A stretch of DNA of 64,000 nucleotides from positions 2,291-66,290 of the forward strand of contig CALWBE010000026.1 in the NCBI GenBank assembly GCA_944375955.1. The letters are read 5' to 3'. This DNA comes from an uncultured Clostridia bacterium (GTDB lineage: Bacteria > Bacillota > Clostridia > Oscillospirales > CAG-382). Made by a program: the position numbers and the translations under genes. Positions 38,262 to 47,776 of this stretch are shown here, piece by piece. Positions within the stretch are counted from its first letter, which is position 1; each line of letters opens with the position of its first letter. Below the pieces are notes generated by a model. It was not told the DNA's origin. It worked only from the letters and a program-made list of their open reading frames with translations, and did not search any database.

Positions 38262-38830
38262 TCTCCTTCATAGAGTTTTTTTAATTTTGTCAATGCGCGG
38301 TTGTATTTTGAAAGAACCGTAGGCAAAGGAATTTGCAAAAGTTTTGCAATTTCTCTGTGTTTAAAGCCTGATACGGCATGAAGGATAACGATCTGACGTT
38401 CGGTATCCGAGAGGCTTCCCATAAATTGATAAAGAATGAGTTTGTCATCGTTGGAAAGACCTTCATGAGACTGGATAAAAGGTTCCCAGTCCTCCTGCGA
38501 TATATCTGCAGACTTGCCGCGTTCGCGTATTTTATGCAGGCATAAATTTTTTGCGATAGTAATAATCCATGCCATAGGTTTCTTTTTAGATTGATATTGT
38601 CCGGCCGATGAATATATAGACACATAACAATCGTGAAGCACATCTTCCGCATCATGACGGTTTTTCAAAATAGAAAGGGCAAAACTGTATACAGATGCAC
38701 TTGTAAGCCGATACAGTTCCTCAAGCGCTGCTGTATCCTTTTCTGCGATTTTGTAAAGGCACCTGTCTAACACAGTATTGTCATGCTCAGATTCAAACAT
38801 ATTTGTCGATATCAAACAAACAGAAATCAT
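38258..38830 (-). CDS. ECF-type RNA polymerase sigma-70 family factor
   Basis: Region 2 DAEDVLHDCYVSIY and region 4 ERQIVILHAVSGFKHREIAKLLQIPLPTVLSKYNRALTKLK. AAGGAG lies 8 nt upstream of ATG 38830. Confidence 0.85.
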   Translation of the reverse strand: MISVCLISTNMFESEHDNTVLDRCLYKIAEKDTAALEELYRLTSASVYSFALSILKNRHDAEDVLHDCYVSIYSSAGQYQSKKKPMAWIITIAKNLCLHKIRERGKSADISQEDWEPFIQSHEGLSNDDKLILYQFMGSLSDTERQIVILHAVSGFKHREIAKLLQIPLPTVLSKYNRALTKLKKLYEGE

Positions 38831-39019
38831 AGCTTGACTCCTTTCATTTATAATAATACATTTACTTATTGTTTTATTGCATGTGTTTAAAAAAAATTTT
38901 TATTCTAAATAATTATAGTATTTATTTAATGTTTTTTCAAGCGATTTTATTAAACGAACAAGGAAAAAATAAATGTTGATTTTTTCGAAATTTTTAATTA
39001 AAAAAATGATTTAATAAGA

Positions 39020-39056
39020 TAAAAAGAAGCTGATATTAATATCAGCCTCTTTTTAT
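39020..39056 (-). terminator. Intrinsic terminator after the 1594-aa surface protein gene
   Basis: GCTGATATTAATATCAGC palindrome flanked by A/T tracts. Confidence 0.5.
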
Positions 39057-39124
39057 ATTTTCAAAGACAAACTATATTTAATTTTGAAATACTGAAAATT
39101 CCGAGAAGTGACGTAAATTAAGGT

Positions 39125-42100
39125 TTACTGCTGAGCTGTATATTCTTCATATTCGTCGATTATTTTCTGAAGCTCTTCACTGTCTTCGCTTCCTTCGGCA
39201 ATAAGACCGTTTGCTACGTCTATTACCGAGAGATTATAGTCGGCGTTGTAATCAGCATATACGGTATATTCACCGTCATCGGAAACATATTTTATATATG
39301 GCCTTGCCGTAAAATCTCTGATGTAATTTTTAACGGCAATTTCGGTAATACATACGGTATAGCTGAAACTGTTATCTGTTATTTCAAAATATTTAAACTC
39401 ATCTCCTAAAAGTGACATTGATATATCTCCGCACTGTGCAGTTTCATGAGTAGTGTTTCCGCCTTCTGATAAATCATAGGGTATTACGATTATTCCGTAA
39501 TCGCTGAAACTGTTGTTTTCGAGCTCTGCGGATATTTTAGCTATAAATCTTAATCCCTGAACACCGGAAAGGCGTATCTGAACTCCGTCAAGCATTACAA
39601 TTTCAGAAGCTATGCCGGACGGCTTATATATATGTTTTTCTCCTTCAGAACGCACAGCCACAAGCGTATCCGCATGCAGTGAATCATATATGCTTTCGTA
39701 TGATATAACGACGGAATCCTGAGAAAGAAGCAGTTTTTCACCTGAAATTGAAGCACCCTTGCATATTTCCAAAACGCATCCGCCGGGAACAACAAGGCCG
39801 GGCGAGACAACAGCTTCTCCTAAGAGATATACCGTGTCGCCGGTTTGCGCGACAGTAAAAGCGCTGTCAAGAGAGGGATATCCGTTTCCTTCTATAAAGG
39901 CGATATTGTCGGATATCATATATAAAGCCGGTTGATAGAAACACTCATAGCTTTCATAATAAGGAAGATAAGCACTGTCTGCTCCTGCCGGAAAGTCTTT
40001 GTGATCTGACGCTCCGTATTCGTCCGGAGACGGAGCGGAAAATGCGAAGTCATCGTATCCTGCATTATCTGAGGCAGTAAAATTGAAGCATCCCAAAAGA
40101 ACATATGAGTTTTGTGCGTCGGCAAAAGTTTTTGCCGCCCATGCGTCTCCGAACAAACCTTGCTCATTTACATAGCAGTCATATCCGCCCTGTTCTTTAG
40201 GTATATTTCCGGCCGAGTAAAATCCTTCGGCATAATCGAAACTTTCAAGATTAAGCAAGCCGGAATTATATTTTATTCCGAAGAAACCGCTTTGAGCTGC
40301 AGCTCCGCGGAAATAAACGTTTACTTTTACATTATTTTCGGACTGAGAGACTGTATATATGTACTCTGCGGTATCGGGGGTATTGAGCATAAGGAAATAT
40401 TTTCCCGATTCATATGCGCTGAATCTCATTCCGCCGTCTTCCGTGTCAAGATTGCAGATAAACTCTGCAGAAAGTCCGTCTGCACGGTAAAGCCTCAGAA
40501 ATTCGCCCGGATTTGAATCTGACGAATATGCATAATCTGGTATTATAAAATCTATACCGTTTTCAAATCCGCGGATGTTTCCGTCAGAACCGTAAGCGTT
40601 TATTTCAAAGGCATAAACAGCAGCCGAACTTGAAATAAATACCGGGTCATTCTGAGCCGAGCTTATGGAATCCGAGATAGATCCGTCGGTTATCGGGACA
40701 TGATTTATCTCGACTCTCACAACCCCGTTTGCATCAAAATTAGGTGTTCCGTAAAGCGTGGGAAGTTTTTCAAGCCATATGGCGTAAAGCTGAATATCTT
40801 CAGTAAGTGTAAGGAAAGTAAAGCCGGAATCGGCGTCTGGATCAGTATTCCAGCCGATAAATATGCAGTTTTCCTTTGTAAGGCCTGACGCATCCGGAAG
40901 CTGGTATGTTTCACCGGATATATTTGTTATAGGCTGCGGAACTTCACCGGAAGCGCCGTTGGGATCGAATGTTATGGTATAGTTTTTTCTCCATTCGACA
41001 TTTATTTTTTCGGAAGAGCTTTCAGGAGCATAGCGGTATACGCCGTCAGTCATCTCAACAGGTTTTCCGCCGATATACGGAATACCGGAGCCTTCAGGTG
41101 TAAGTATAAATACGGGATTGCCGGTCGTATCCTCATCTTCGACGCTTACAAAGCCGCCTTTTTTAGAATAAACTACGAAATCATAAGCCGGATCAACGGA
41201 AATTTCCGAACCGTCAGGACGCTTATACATTTCATTGTTGAAAATAACGGTTTTTTTGCCGGTAATGGTACCTTGATCTGAGAATGTTACGCCTCCGCTT
41301 ATATAACTGCCGTTAACATATATAAACAGATTTCCGTACATAGTTTTCGGAGCCCAGCCCCAGCCGCCGTTTACGCTGTAGAATGATCCGCCGTTAAGAT
41401 GTGCGGAGGTGTGAGACGGATTTTCTTCAGTCCCCACCTGAGCGTTAGAGCTTATAACGTCTATTACGGCAAATTGGCCGTTTTCGACAATAATTTCCGA
41501 TTTCGGTTCATTTGTGGAATATATGGGCGAAATATAAAGATTAGAATTTGAAGAGAAGTTTTTGGTAAAGATTATATTTCCGTTTCCGTGAATATACTTT
41601 CCGTTTGAGGTTTCGACGAAAACTGTAATATCGTCCATAACGGTAGGCCCGCCGTTGAATGTGAAGGGCTGAGCGTCGCCGCTTATCTTTAATACCGAAT
41701 CGTCATCAGCGCCTTTAACTGTTATAGTACCTCTTGGTATAGTGTCGCTGAATTCTATATGAGTATATGTTCTGCCGATAATGACTGTTCCGCCGTCTTT
41801 CAGATTTGAAACCGCTTCAGTCAGAGATGTGAACGGTATATATTTTTCGCCGTTGTATTCAACGTCGGCGTTTATATCTGATACAAAAACGGTTTTTACT
41901 CCGTCTATCTCATAAACTGCGGCTGTTCTTTCGGACCAGCTGACAGTATATACTCCGTTTTCAGAAACTTTAAGCGTATATCTGCCGTCGTCTCCCAAAG
42001 ATAATTCTTCACCGTTGACGCAAGGAACTTTTTCTGCCTCGGGAGAAAATACAAGTATTGGTTCAGCGTCCGCGGCGGAAGATTCATCGACCGAAACGCT

Positions 42101-43909
42101 GCCGCCTTCAGAGGATTTTACTACAAACACGCTGTCAGAATCAATATTAAATCCTTCTGCTGTACCATTGTTGAATATTACTATTTTTCTGCCGGAAGCA
42201 TGCGTAAGATTGTTGTAAGTAATATTTTTATTTGAAAAATTGCCTCCGTTTATTATAAAGTATAAGTTCCCGTAAACATTAACATTGGAATATCCGCTTC
42301 CGCCGTTTAGGTGAGTGTTTATATCTCCGCCGTTTATTGTTACAGAGGCGTATCCGGGGGCCGGTTCACTTCCTAAAGTGGCTGAATTTACACCGATAAG
42401 ATTTATTTGGTGGAAAATACCTCCTGATATTGTCTGAGTCACCTTATTTGTATTGCCGGATATAAGACCGGTTAGAAAAAGGTCTCCGCCGTCATTCTGA
42501 ACTTTGAATTTTTCGGTTATTACAAGATCGGGCGCCGAAATGTAGTTCAGCTTTTTTACCTTAAGGGTGATATCATCAAGAATTATTTTGCCTGATTTAA
42601 AATTAAGAAGGGAATACTGACTCAGAGAATCCGTATCCGCACCGGCGATACCCGTTATTGTCACGGGTCCGCGTCCTGCGGGATCCACAAAATCTGAATC
42701 CGTATTGTTGTCTGAAGGCGAAAAATCTCCGCAGATTATCGCTTTTCCTCCTTCGGCGCCGAGGGCGGCAAAAGCTTCGCCGAGCGAAGTGAACGGAGTA
42801 AATGAGATACCGTTGTAAATTACGTTTTCGTCATTTGACAGAAATACGGTTTTTACTCCGTCTATTATACATCCTCCGGATATTTCTTCAACCCAGGTTA
42901 TGTCATATTGTTTTGTGCTGTCTAACGGGAGGGAATATTTGCCGTCGGCACCTGCAAATATTGCTATTCCGTTTGCCGCCGGGATTTTTCCTTCTTCCGG
43001 AGTGAAAATAAGCACCGGGTTTTCATCAGAAGCAGAATTTTCATCTATTGACACGGTTCCTCCGGCAGACGAGCGTATTATATATGCGCTGTCAATGACT
43101 TCAAAACCGTCAGCCATGCCGTTGTTGAAAATAACTACTTTTTTGCCGGAAGCATGTATAAGCTTGCTTTCAACTATTTTTTTAGTGGTAAAGTCGCCGC
43201 CGTTTATTATGTAATATAAATTTCCGTAAACGGTTGAATCAGAATAGCCGCTACCAAAGTTAATCTGAGTGTTGACAGTTCCGCCGTTTATGGTTATAGA
43301 GGCATATCCCGGCGCGGATGTGCTGCCGAGCGTTGCCTGCCACATTCCTATTATATTCATTTGATCGAATATTCCGCCGGAAATTACCTGTGTAATACGA
43401 TTGGTATTCCCGGAGATCATTCCCGTCATGAAGAGCGATCCGCCTGACTTTGAAACTTTAAAGTTTTCCGTCATTACAAGATCCGGGGCGGAAAAATATT
43501 TGGTTTTCATCATTTTGAGGGTTATGTCGTCAAATATTATCCTGCCTGATTTGAAATCAAGTGTCGCACTCTGATTAAGTGAATCCGTATCTGCTCCGGA
43601 AGCTCCTGTTATTGTAACCGGACCGCGTCCTGCAGGATCAATGAAATCGGAATCGTTAACATTGTCAGACGGCGAAAAGCTGCCGCATACTATAGCTTTG
43701 CCTCCGTCTGCTCCAAGCGCCTGAAATGCCTGCGCGAGAGACGAAAACGGAATATATGTTTCTCCTTTATAGCTGACGCTTGCGTCATTTGAGAGAAAAA
43801 CGGTTTTTTCTCCGTCGATAACGTAAGCCGAAGGATCATCGGCACTCACGCTGAAAACGAGCAGAGAAGCAAAAAGCAATGATAATATTATAAAACTTAG
43901 TTTTTTCAT
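39125..43909 (-). CDS. Giant secreted surface protein: three ~318-aa beta-helix-like repeat modules, a Listeria-Bacteroides (Flg_new) repeat and a cohesin-like region
   Basis: Signal peptide MKKLSFIILSLLFASLLVFSVSA. Modules start at IDG(E/V)KTVF(L/V)S (aa 31, 349, 668). YTITFDPNGASGEVPQP...FIGWNTDPDA is a Flg_new-type repeat. Confidence 0.8.
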   Translation of the reverse strand: MKKLSFIILSLLFASLLVFSVSADDPSAYVIDGEKTVFLSNDASVSYKGETYIPFSSLAQAFQALGADGGKAIVCGSFSPSDNVNDSDFIDPAGRGPVTITGASGADTDSLNQSATLDFKSGRIIFDDITLKMMKTKYFSAPDLVMTENFKVSKSGGSLFMTGMISGNTNRITQVISGGIFDQMNIIGMWQATLGSTSAPGYASITINGGTVNTQINFGSGYSDSTVYGNLYYIINGGDFTTKKIVESKLIHASGKKVVIFNNGMADGFEVIDSAYIIRSSAGGTVSIDENSASDENPVLIFTPEEGKIPAANGIAIFAGADGKYSLPLDSTKQYDITWVEEISGGCIIDGVKTVFLSNDENVIYNGISFTPFTSLGEAFAALGAEGGKAIICGDFSPSDNNTDSDFVDPAGRGPVTITGIAGADTDSLSQYSLLNFKSGKIILDDITLKVKKLNYISAPDLVITEKFKVQNDGGDLFLTGLISGNTNKVTQTISGGIFHQINLIGVNSATLGSEPAPGYASVTINGGDINTHLNGGSGYSNVNVYGNLYFIINGGNFSNKNITYNNLTHASGRKIVIFNNGTAEGFNIDSDSVFVVKSSEGGSVSVDESSAADAEPILVFSPEAEKVPCVNGEELSLGDDGRYTLKVSENGVYTVSWSERTAAVYEIDGVKTVFVSDINADVEYNGEKYIPFTSLTEAVSNLKDGGTVIIGRTYTHIEFSDTIPRGTITVKGADDDSVLKISGDAQPFTFNGGPTVMDDITVFVETSNGKYIHGNGNIIFTKNFSSNSNLYISPIYSTNEPKSEIIVENGQFAVIDVISSNAQVGTEENPSHTSAHLNGGSFYSVNGGWGWAPKTMYGNLFIYVNGSYISGGVTFSDQGTITGKKTVIFNNEMYKRPDGSEISVDPAYDFVVYSKKGGFVSVEDEDTTGNPVFILTPEGSGIPYIGGKPVEMTDGVYRYAPESSSEKINVEWRKNYTITFDPNGASGEVPQPITNISGETYQLPDASGLTKENCIFIGWNTDPDADSGFTFLTLTEDIQLYAIWLEKLPTLYGTPNFDANGVVRVEINHVPITDGSISDSISSAQNDPVFISSSAAVYAFEINAYGSDGNIRGFENGIDFIIPDYAYSSDSNPGEFLRLYRADGLSAEFICNLDTEDGGMRFSAYESGKYFLMLNTPDTAEYIYTVSQSENNVKVNVYFRGAAAQSGFFGIKYNSGLLNLESFDYAEGFYSAGNIPKEQGGYDCYVNEQGLFGDAWAAKTFADAQNSYVLLGCFNFTASDNAGYDDFAFSAPSPDEYGASDHKDFPAGADSAYLPYYESYECFYQPALYMISDNIAFIEGNGYPSLDSAFTVAQTGDTVYLLGEAVVSPGLVVPGGCVLEICKGASISGEKLLLSQDSVVISYESIYDSLHADTLVAVRSEGEKHIYKPSGIASEIVMLDGVQIRLSGVQGLRFIAKISAELENNSFSDYGIIVIPYDLSEGGNTTHETAQCGDISMSLLGDEFKYFEITDNSFSYTVCITEIAVKNYIRDFTARPYIKYVSDDGEYTVYADYNADYNLSVIDVANGLIAEGSEDSEELQKIIDEYEEYTAQQ
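40985..43831. repeat. Three in-frame ~954-bp coding repeats (modules 1 and 2 closely similar, module 3 diverged)
   Basis: Protein-level period is 318-319 aa, e.g. DPAGRGPVTITG(A/I)(S/A)GADTDSL at aa 91 and 409. DNA similarity is visible around 42660 versus 43615. Confidence 0.7.
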
Positions 43910-43924
43910 TTTATTTTCTCCCGC

Positions 43925-46900
43925 TTAATTATTGTTCACCGTAAATTCGTATTCACCGGAGGTTATTTCATACCATGCGCGTCCGTTCTCATATTTTATA
44001 AAGCTTACGCCTTCTGATAAAAGAACATCCTTGCCGCCCTCGGTTATCACGGCAGCTTCTTTTTCAATAGGCAAACCTAAAGTTGCCGTTGTGTTTGCCG
44101 GGACAGTGCATTTGTAAGTAAATATTTTTCCGTCATCCGACAGTTTCCATTCGCTTTTTATTTCTCCGCTGCGCGAATTATAACTGCCTTTTGCATAAGT
44201 AAGGCTTCCGCCGTATGTCGGTTGAAGGATAAAATGCTGATAACCGACGTTTTCTTGCTTATATCCGTGAGTGATGCCGAGAATATCGGTATAAAGCCAT
44301 GATGCTACACATCCTGAGAAGAAGTGATTAAGAGAATTTACTCGGCTGTAACATTCCCATGTAGTAGTAGAACCTTGGGTTACCGGATAAAGTATAGAGG
44401 GATATTGGGTTTGTTCTATGAGAGTAAAAGCCGTATCGGCGTTGCCGTGCTGTGAAAGTGCATAATAAAGGATAGGATAACCTATAAAGCCTACTGTCTG
44501 CACGTTTGGAGCGATTCCGTTTTGGCTGTCTCCGTTTTGTATCAGTTCGGCGAGAAGATCTGCTGCAAGCTGGCGCTTTTCTTCTGATTCGTAAAGATTG
44601 TAGTATATTCCCATGGCGTATGACGTCTGAGTATTTGTTTTGCAGGTATAGCCGTCTTCCTCAAGGAAGTTTTCACGCCATGCCGCCGCAAATTTTTCAC
44701 TTTCAGCAAGATAATAGCTTTCGTCTTCCGTATAGCCGAGAATACCGGCAATTTTAGAAAGTATACCTATACTGTATGCGCTGTAAGCCGTTCCTATTTC
44801 CGGATAGTTTTCACTTGACGCCATTCTTCTGTCGTATGCAACATTGTCGCCGTACCAGCCGTCGGCACGTACATATCCGTTGTTTTTGCAGGTGCGTATA
44901 AGGTAATCCGCCCATTTTTTCATTTCATCATAGCTGTCCTGAAGGAATGATATATCTCCGTACTGGAAATACAGCTGCCACGGTATCATAATCACGGTGT
45001 CGCTCCAGCCGCTTGGAGTTTTTGTCGTCTCGGACGGAAGAGACGGAAGAGGCACAATCTCCGGAATAACGCCAGAGGGTCCCTGAGCATTGCGCGTCAT
45101 CTCTTGAAAGCTTCTGTAAATATTATAAGCGTTGAAATTATAGTTTGCCGTGTATGCAAAGCCTTGGGCGTCACCGGTCCAGTTGTTTTTCTCGCGCGTA
45201 GGACAGTCGGTTATAGCGCCTATGAAGTTGCCTTCCTGAGAGCGTATGGTGTTTTCAAAATATGTATTTAAAAGTTCGTTTGACGATTCGAAATATCCGG
45301 TTCTTATATTATCTGTGGAAAGTACAAGAGCCGTGATGTCGGATAATGGAATAGGTTCTGAAAGACCGCTTATCTCGGCATATTGAAATCCGTGATATAC
45401 AAAGGAAAATTCAAAGGTTTCCATTCCGTCGCCCGCAAAAATATATTTATCTTCTCCGTTTTGATCTCCGCTTCCCTGGTTTACTATGTAAGGAGTCACG
45501 TCAGTTCTGCCTTTTGAATCAAGCATTTCGCTGTAACGCAGGTTTATTTCCGTTCCTTCGGGAGCTTGAGCAGTTATACGGAGCGTAGCGGAAATATTTG
45601 TCGGGAATTTATATACATATACTCCGTCTTCCGGATTTGTAACTTCTATAGGATTAACCTGTCTTATTACTCGTATCGGATTTGTATTTTCACCGACGAT
45701 ATCTCCTTTTATTCCTCCTATTGTATCGGTTACCGTGCATTTGCTCCAGGCGGATGTGTCAAGACCGTTTTCATTCCAGCCGTCAATATTTTTTCTTCCG
45801 TCAATATACTGACCGATATAAAAGCGGTTTGTAATTACCGGACCGTCTGTTGTTGAAAGCCACGAATCGTCTGTATCAATTACTTGTTCACTGCTGTCGG
45901 CATAAGTTATAATAAGTTTTGCCTTAAGGCCTATTTTTGTGCCGTAATCAGAACCTATAGGACCACCGTTGTACCAACCCATACCTAGCTGACAGGCAAG
46001 TGTATTTTCACCGGAGCTGACAAGATCGGTAACGTCGTAAGTCTGATAATAAAGCACCTGATTATATTCGGATTTCCCTGGCGCGAGATAATCGTCGCTG
46101 CAGCGGTTTCCGTTAAGATACATTTCATGAGTTCCGGCGGCGGTTACATAAAGGCGCGCTTTTTCTACTGCTTTTCCTTCATCCGTAGAGAAGCTTTTTC
46201 TGAAAAGAGGTGCCGCATACGGAGATGAACTGCTGTTTTCATATATTAGTGAATCGTCGGTGCCGTAAAGCTGCCATTTATTAAGAGATCCGAATTCTCC
46301 GCCTGCAACGCGCGGTTCGGCATGACCTATGCGTCTGACATATTCAGAATTTGTGTAAGTATGGACCTTTGTGCCGTTAATATATGTCACAACCGTTCCT
46401 TCGTTTATTTCAAGAGTCATTTCGAAAGGAACATTTAGCATATCGCTTACGCTTGGAAATATTGAGCTTAAGTCTACTTCCTCAATGATGCCGTAACCGC
46501 CGTCTTTTTGATAATGCGGACGGAAGTACGGTTTGCCGGAAGTGACGTTTATCTGCCACATAAGATTTGACGAGCCGTCTTCTGACTGACAGAAATTGAT
46601 TCCTACAGCGCCGGAGATAAGCACAAGCTCGGCTTTGATTTTGCCGGAAGTGTAATTAAAATCCGCCGTGCCGGCTGAGATCCATTTGTTATTGGTGCCG
46701 AAATCTCCGAAAAGACCTGTTTCAAAACGGGCTATAGTACCGGGTGATATAATTTTTCCGTCTTTGTCCGATGCGAAAACAGTCCAGAAATATTCGGTGC
46801 GCGGCTGCAATTCTGGACCTGAATAATAAATACCGGTTTCACTGGTTTCAGGTTTATTTATATCCCAGACATCATATATGCCTGAATTCAGATTTTCAAG

Positions 46901-47575
46901 ACTTGATGAAACGACAAGCCTGTATCCGGTTTGTTTTTGTCCTCTGACAGCAGAACTAAAATTCCATGATAAATATGGATTTTTATAGTCTATACCGCGC
47001 GGATCTTTACGGAAATCGCATAAAAGATTTGTGATATTTGTATATTCGAGTTCAGAGTTTGTTTTCATCATATTTCTCACTATCGTGTTAAAATCGTTTT
47101 CATCTGCAATCTTGTCGCCGTTTATATCAATAATAGGCAGAAGGCTGTCAAAGTTTCTTTTCGATACCATTATGTCGTCTATATTGATTACGCCGTCTCC
47201 GTTTAAATCTCCGGCGTCAAGCTCTATTTGAGGCAGAATTATATTGTTGTTGTCTACAACAACATTGTTTATGCCGGCTTTAAGATATCCGTCTCGCAAT
47301 ATGGTTATATCGTATTGCCCCGGATCAAGTTCAGCACTAAAACTGCCTAAAGGTCCGATTTCATGCGCTGTTGTGATTATCCGCATACCGTCGCTTCTTG
47401 AAAAAGTGATTTTTGCGCCTGATAAATTTCCTGTAAAAGCGGAAAGCACGGTATAGCTTCCTTGTACCGTCGCTTTGTCAGAAATTCCTTCATCCGCATA
47501 AGAAAAAATACTCATGCTTCCGGTAAACAAAAAGCATGCGGCAAGAAACAATGCAAGCAGTTTGTTTCGTTTCAT
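43925..47575 (-). CDS. Secreted GH78 alpha-L-rhamnosidase with an N-terminal dockerin module
   Basis: Signal peptide. Dockerin-type duplicated Ca-binding segments DLNGDGVINIDDI and DINGDKIADENDF (aa ~121-170, nt 47066-47215). GH78 motif ITDCPTREKNNWTGDAQ. Confidence 0.85.
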   Translation of the reverse strand: MKRNKLLALFLAACFLFTGSMSIFSYADEGISDKATVQGSYTVLSAFTGNLSGAKITFSRSDGMRIITTAHEIGPLGSFSAELDPGQYDITILRDGYLKAGINNVVVDNNNIILPQIELDAGDLNGDGVINIDDIMVSKRNFDSLLPIIDINGDKIADENDFNTIVRNMMKTNSELEYTNITNLLCDFRKDPRGIDYKNPYLSWNFSSAVRGQKQTGYRLVVSSSLENLNSGIYDVWDINKPETSETGIYYSGPELQPRTEYFWTVFASDKDGKIISPGTIARFETGLFGDFGTNNKWISAGTADFNYTSGKIKAELVLISGAVGINFCQSEDGSSNLMWQINVTSGKPYFRPHYQKDGGYGIIEEVDLSSIFPSVSDMLNVPFEMTLEINEGTVVTYINGTKVHTYTNSEYVRRIGHAEPRVAGGEFGSLNKWQLYGTDDSLIYENSSSSPYAAPLFRKSFSTDEGKAVEKARLYVTAAGTHEMYLNGNRCSDDYLAPGKSEYNQVLYYQTYDVTDLVSSGENTLACQLGMGWYNGGPIGSDYGTKIGLKAKLIITYADSSEQVIDTDDSWLSTTDGPVITNRFYIGQYIDGRKNIDGWNENGLDTSAWSKCTVTDTIGGIKGDIVGENTNPIRVIRQVNPIEVTNPEDGVYVYKFPTNISATLRITAQAPEGTEINLRYSEMLDSKGRTDVTPYIVNQGSGDQNGEDKYIFAGDGMETFEFSFVYHGFQYAEISGLSEPIPLSDITALVLSTDNIRTGYFESSNELLNTYFENTIRSQEGNFIGAITDCPTREKNNWTGDAQGFAYTANYNFNAYNIYRSFQEMTRNAQGPSGVIPEIVPLPSLPSETTKTPSGWSDTVIMIPWQLYFQYGDISFLQDSYDEMKKWADYLIRTCKNNGYVRADGWYGDNVAYDRRMASSENYPEIGTAYSAYSIGILSKIAGILGYTEDESYYLAESEKFAAAWRENFLEEDGYTCKTNTQTSYAMGIYYNLYESEEKRQLAADLLAELIQNGDSQNGIAPNVQTVGFIGYPILYYALSQHGNADTAFTLIEQTQYPSILYPVTQGSTTTWECYSRVNSLNHFFSGCVASWLYTDILGITHGYKQENVGYQHFILQPTYGGSLTYAKGSYNSRSGEIKSEWKLSDDGKIFTYKCTVPANTTATLGLPIEKEAAVITEGGKDVLLSEGVSFIKYENGRAWYEITSGEYEFTVNNN

Positions 47576-47776
47576 TTTATCCCTCCGTAATAATTTTTAT
47601 TAAAGGATTTTCAAATTCTGCCTGAAAATCGGCAGAATTTCCTTTATATCTTAATTATATCATGTCGTTTTGTTATTAAAATTGTTTTTTATGACTATAA
47701 TATATTGATTTTTTTAGTACAATATTTTATAATTGACTTGATAAAATATGCAAAGAGCGTAAAAGGATAAGATGGC

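Noticed and set aside
29780-47575. Functional link between the beta-helix proteins and the GH78 rhamnosidases, by analogy with the P22 tailspike endorhamnosidase
   Set aside because: This is analogy only. There is no sequence similarity between GH78 and the beta-helix ORFs, and the genes are 11 kb apart on opposite strands.
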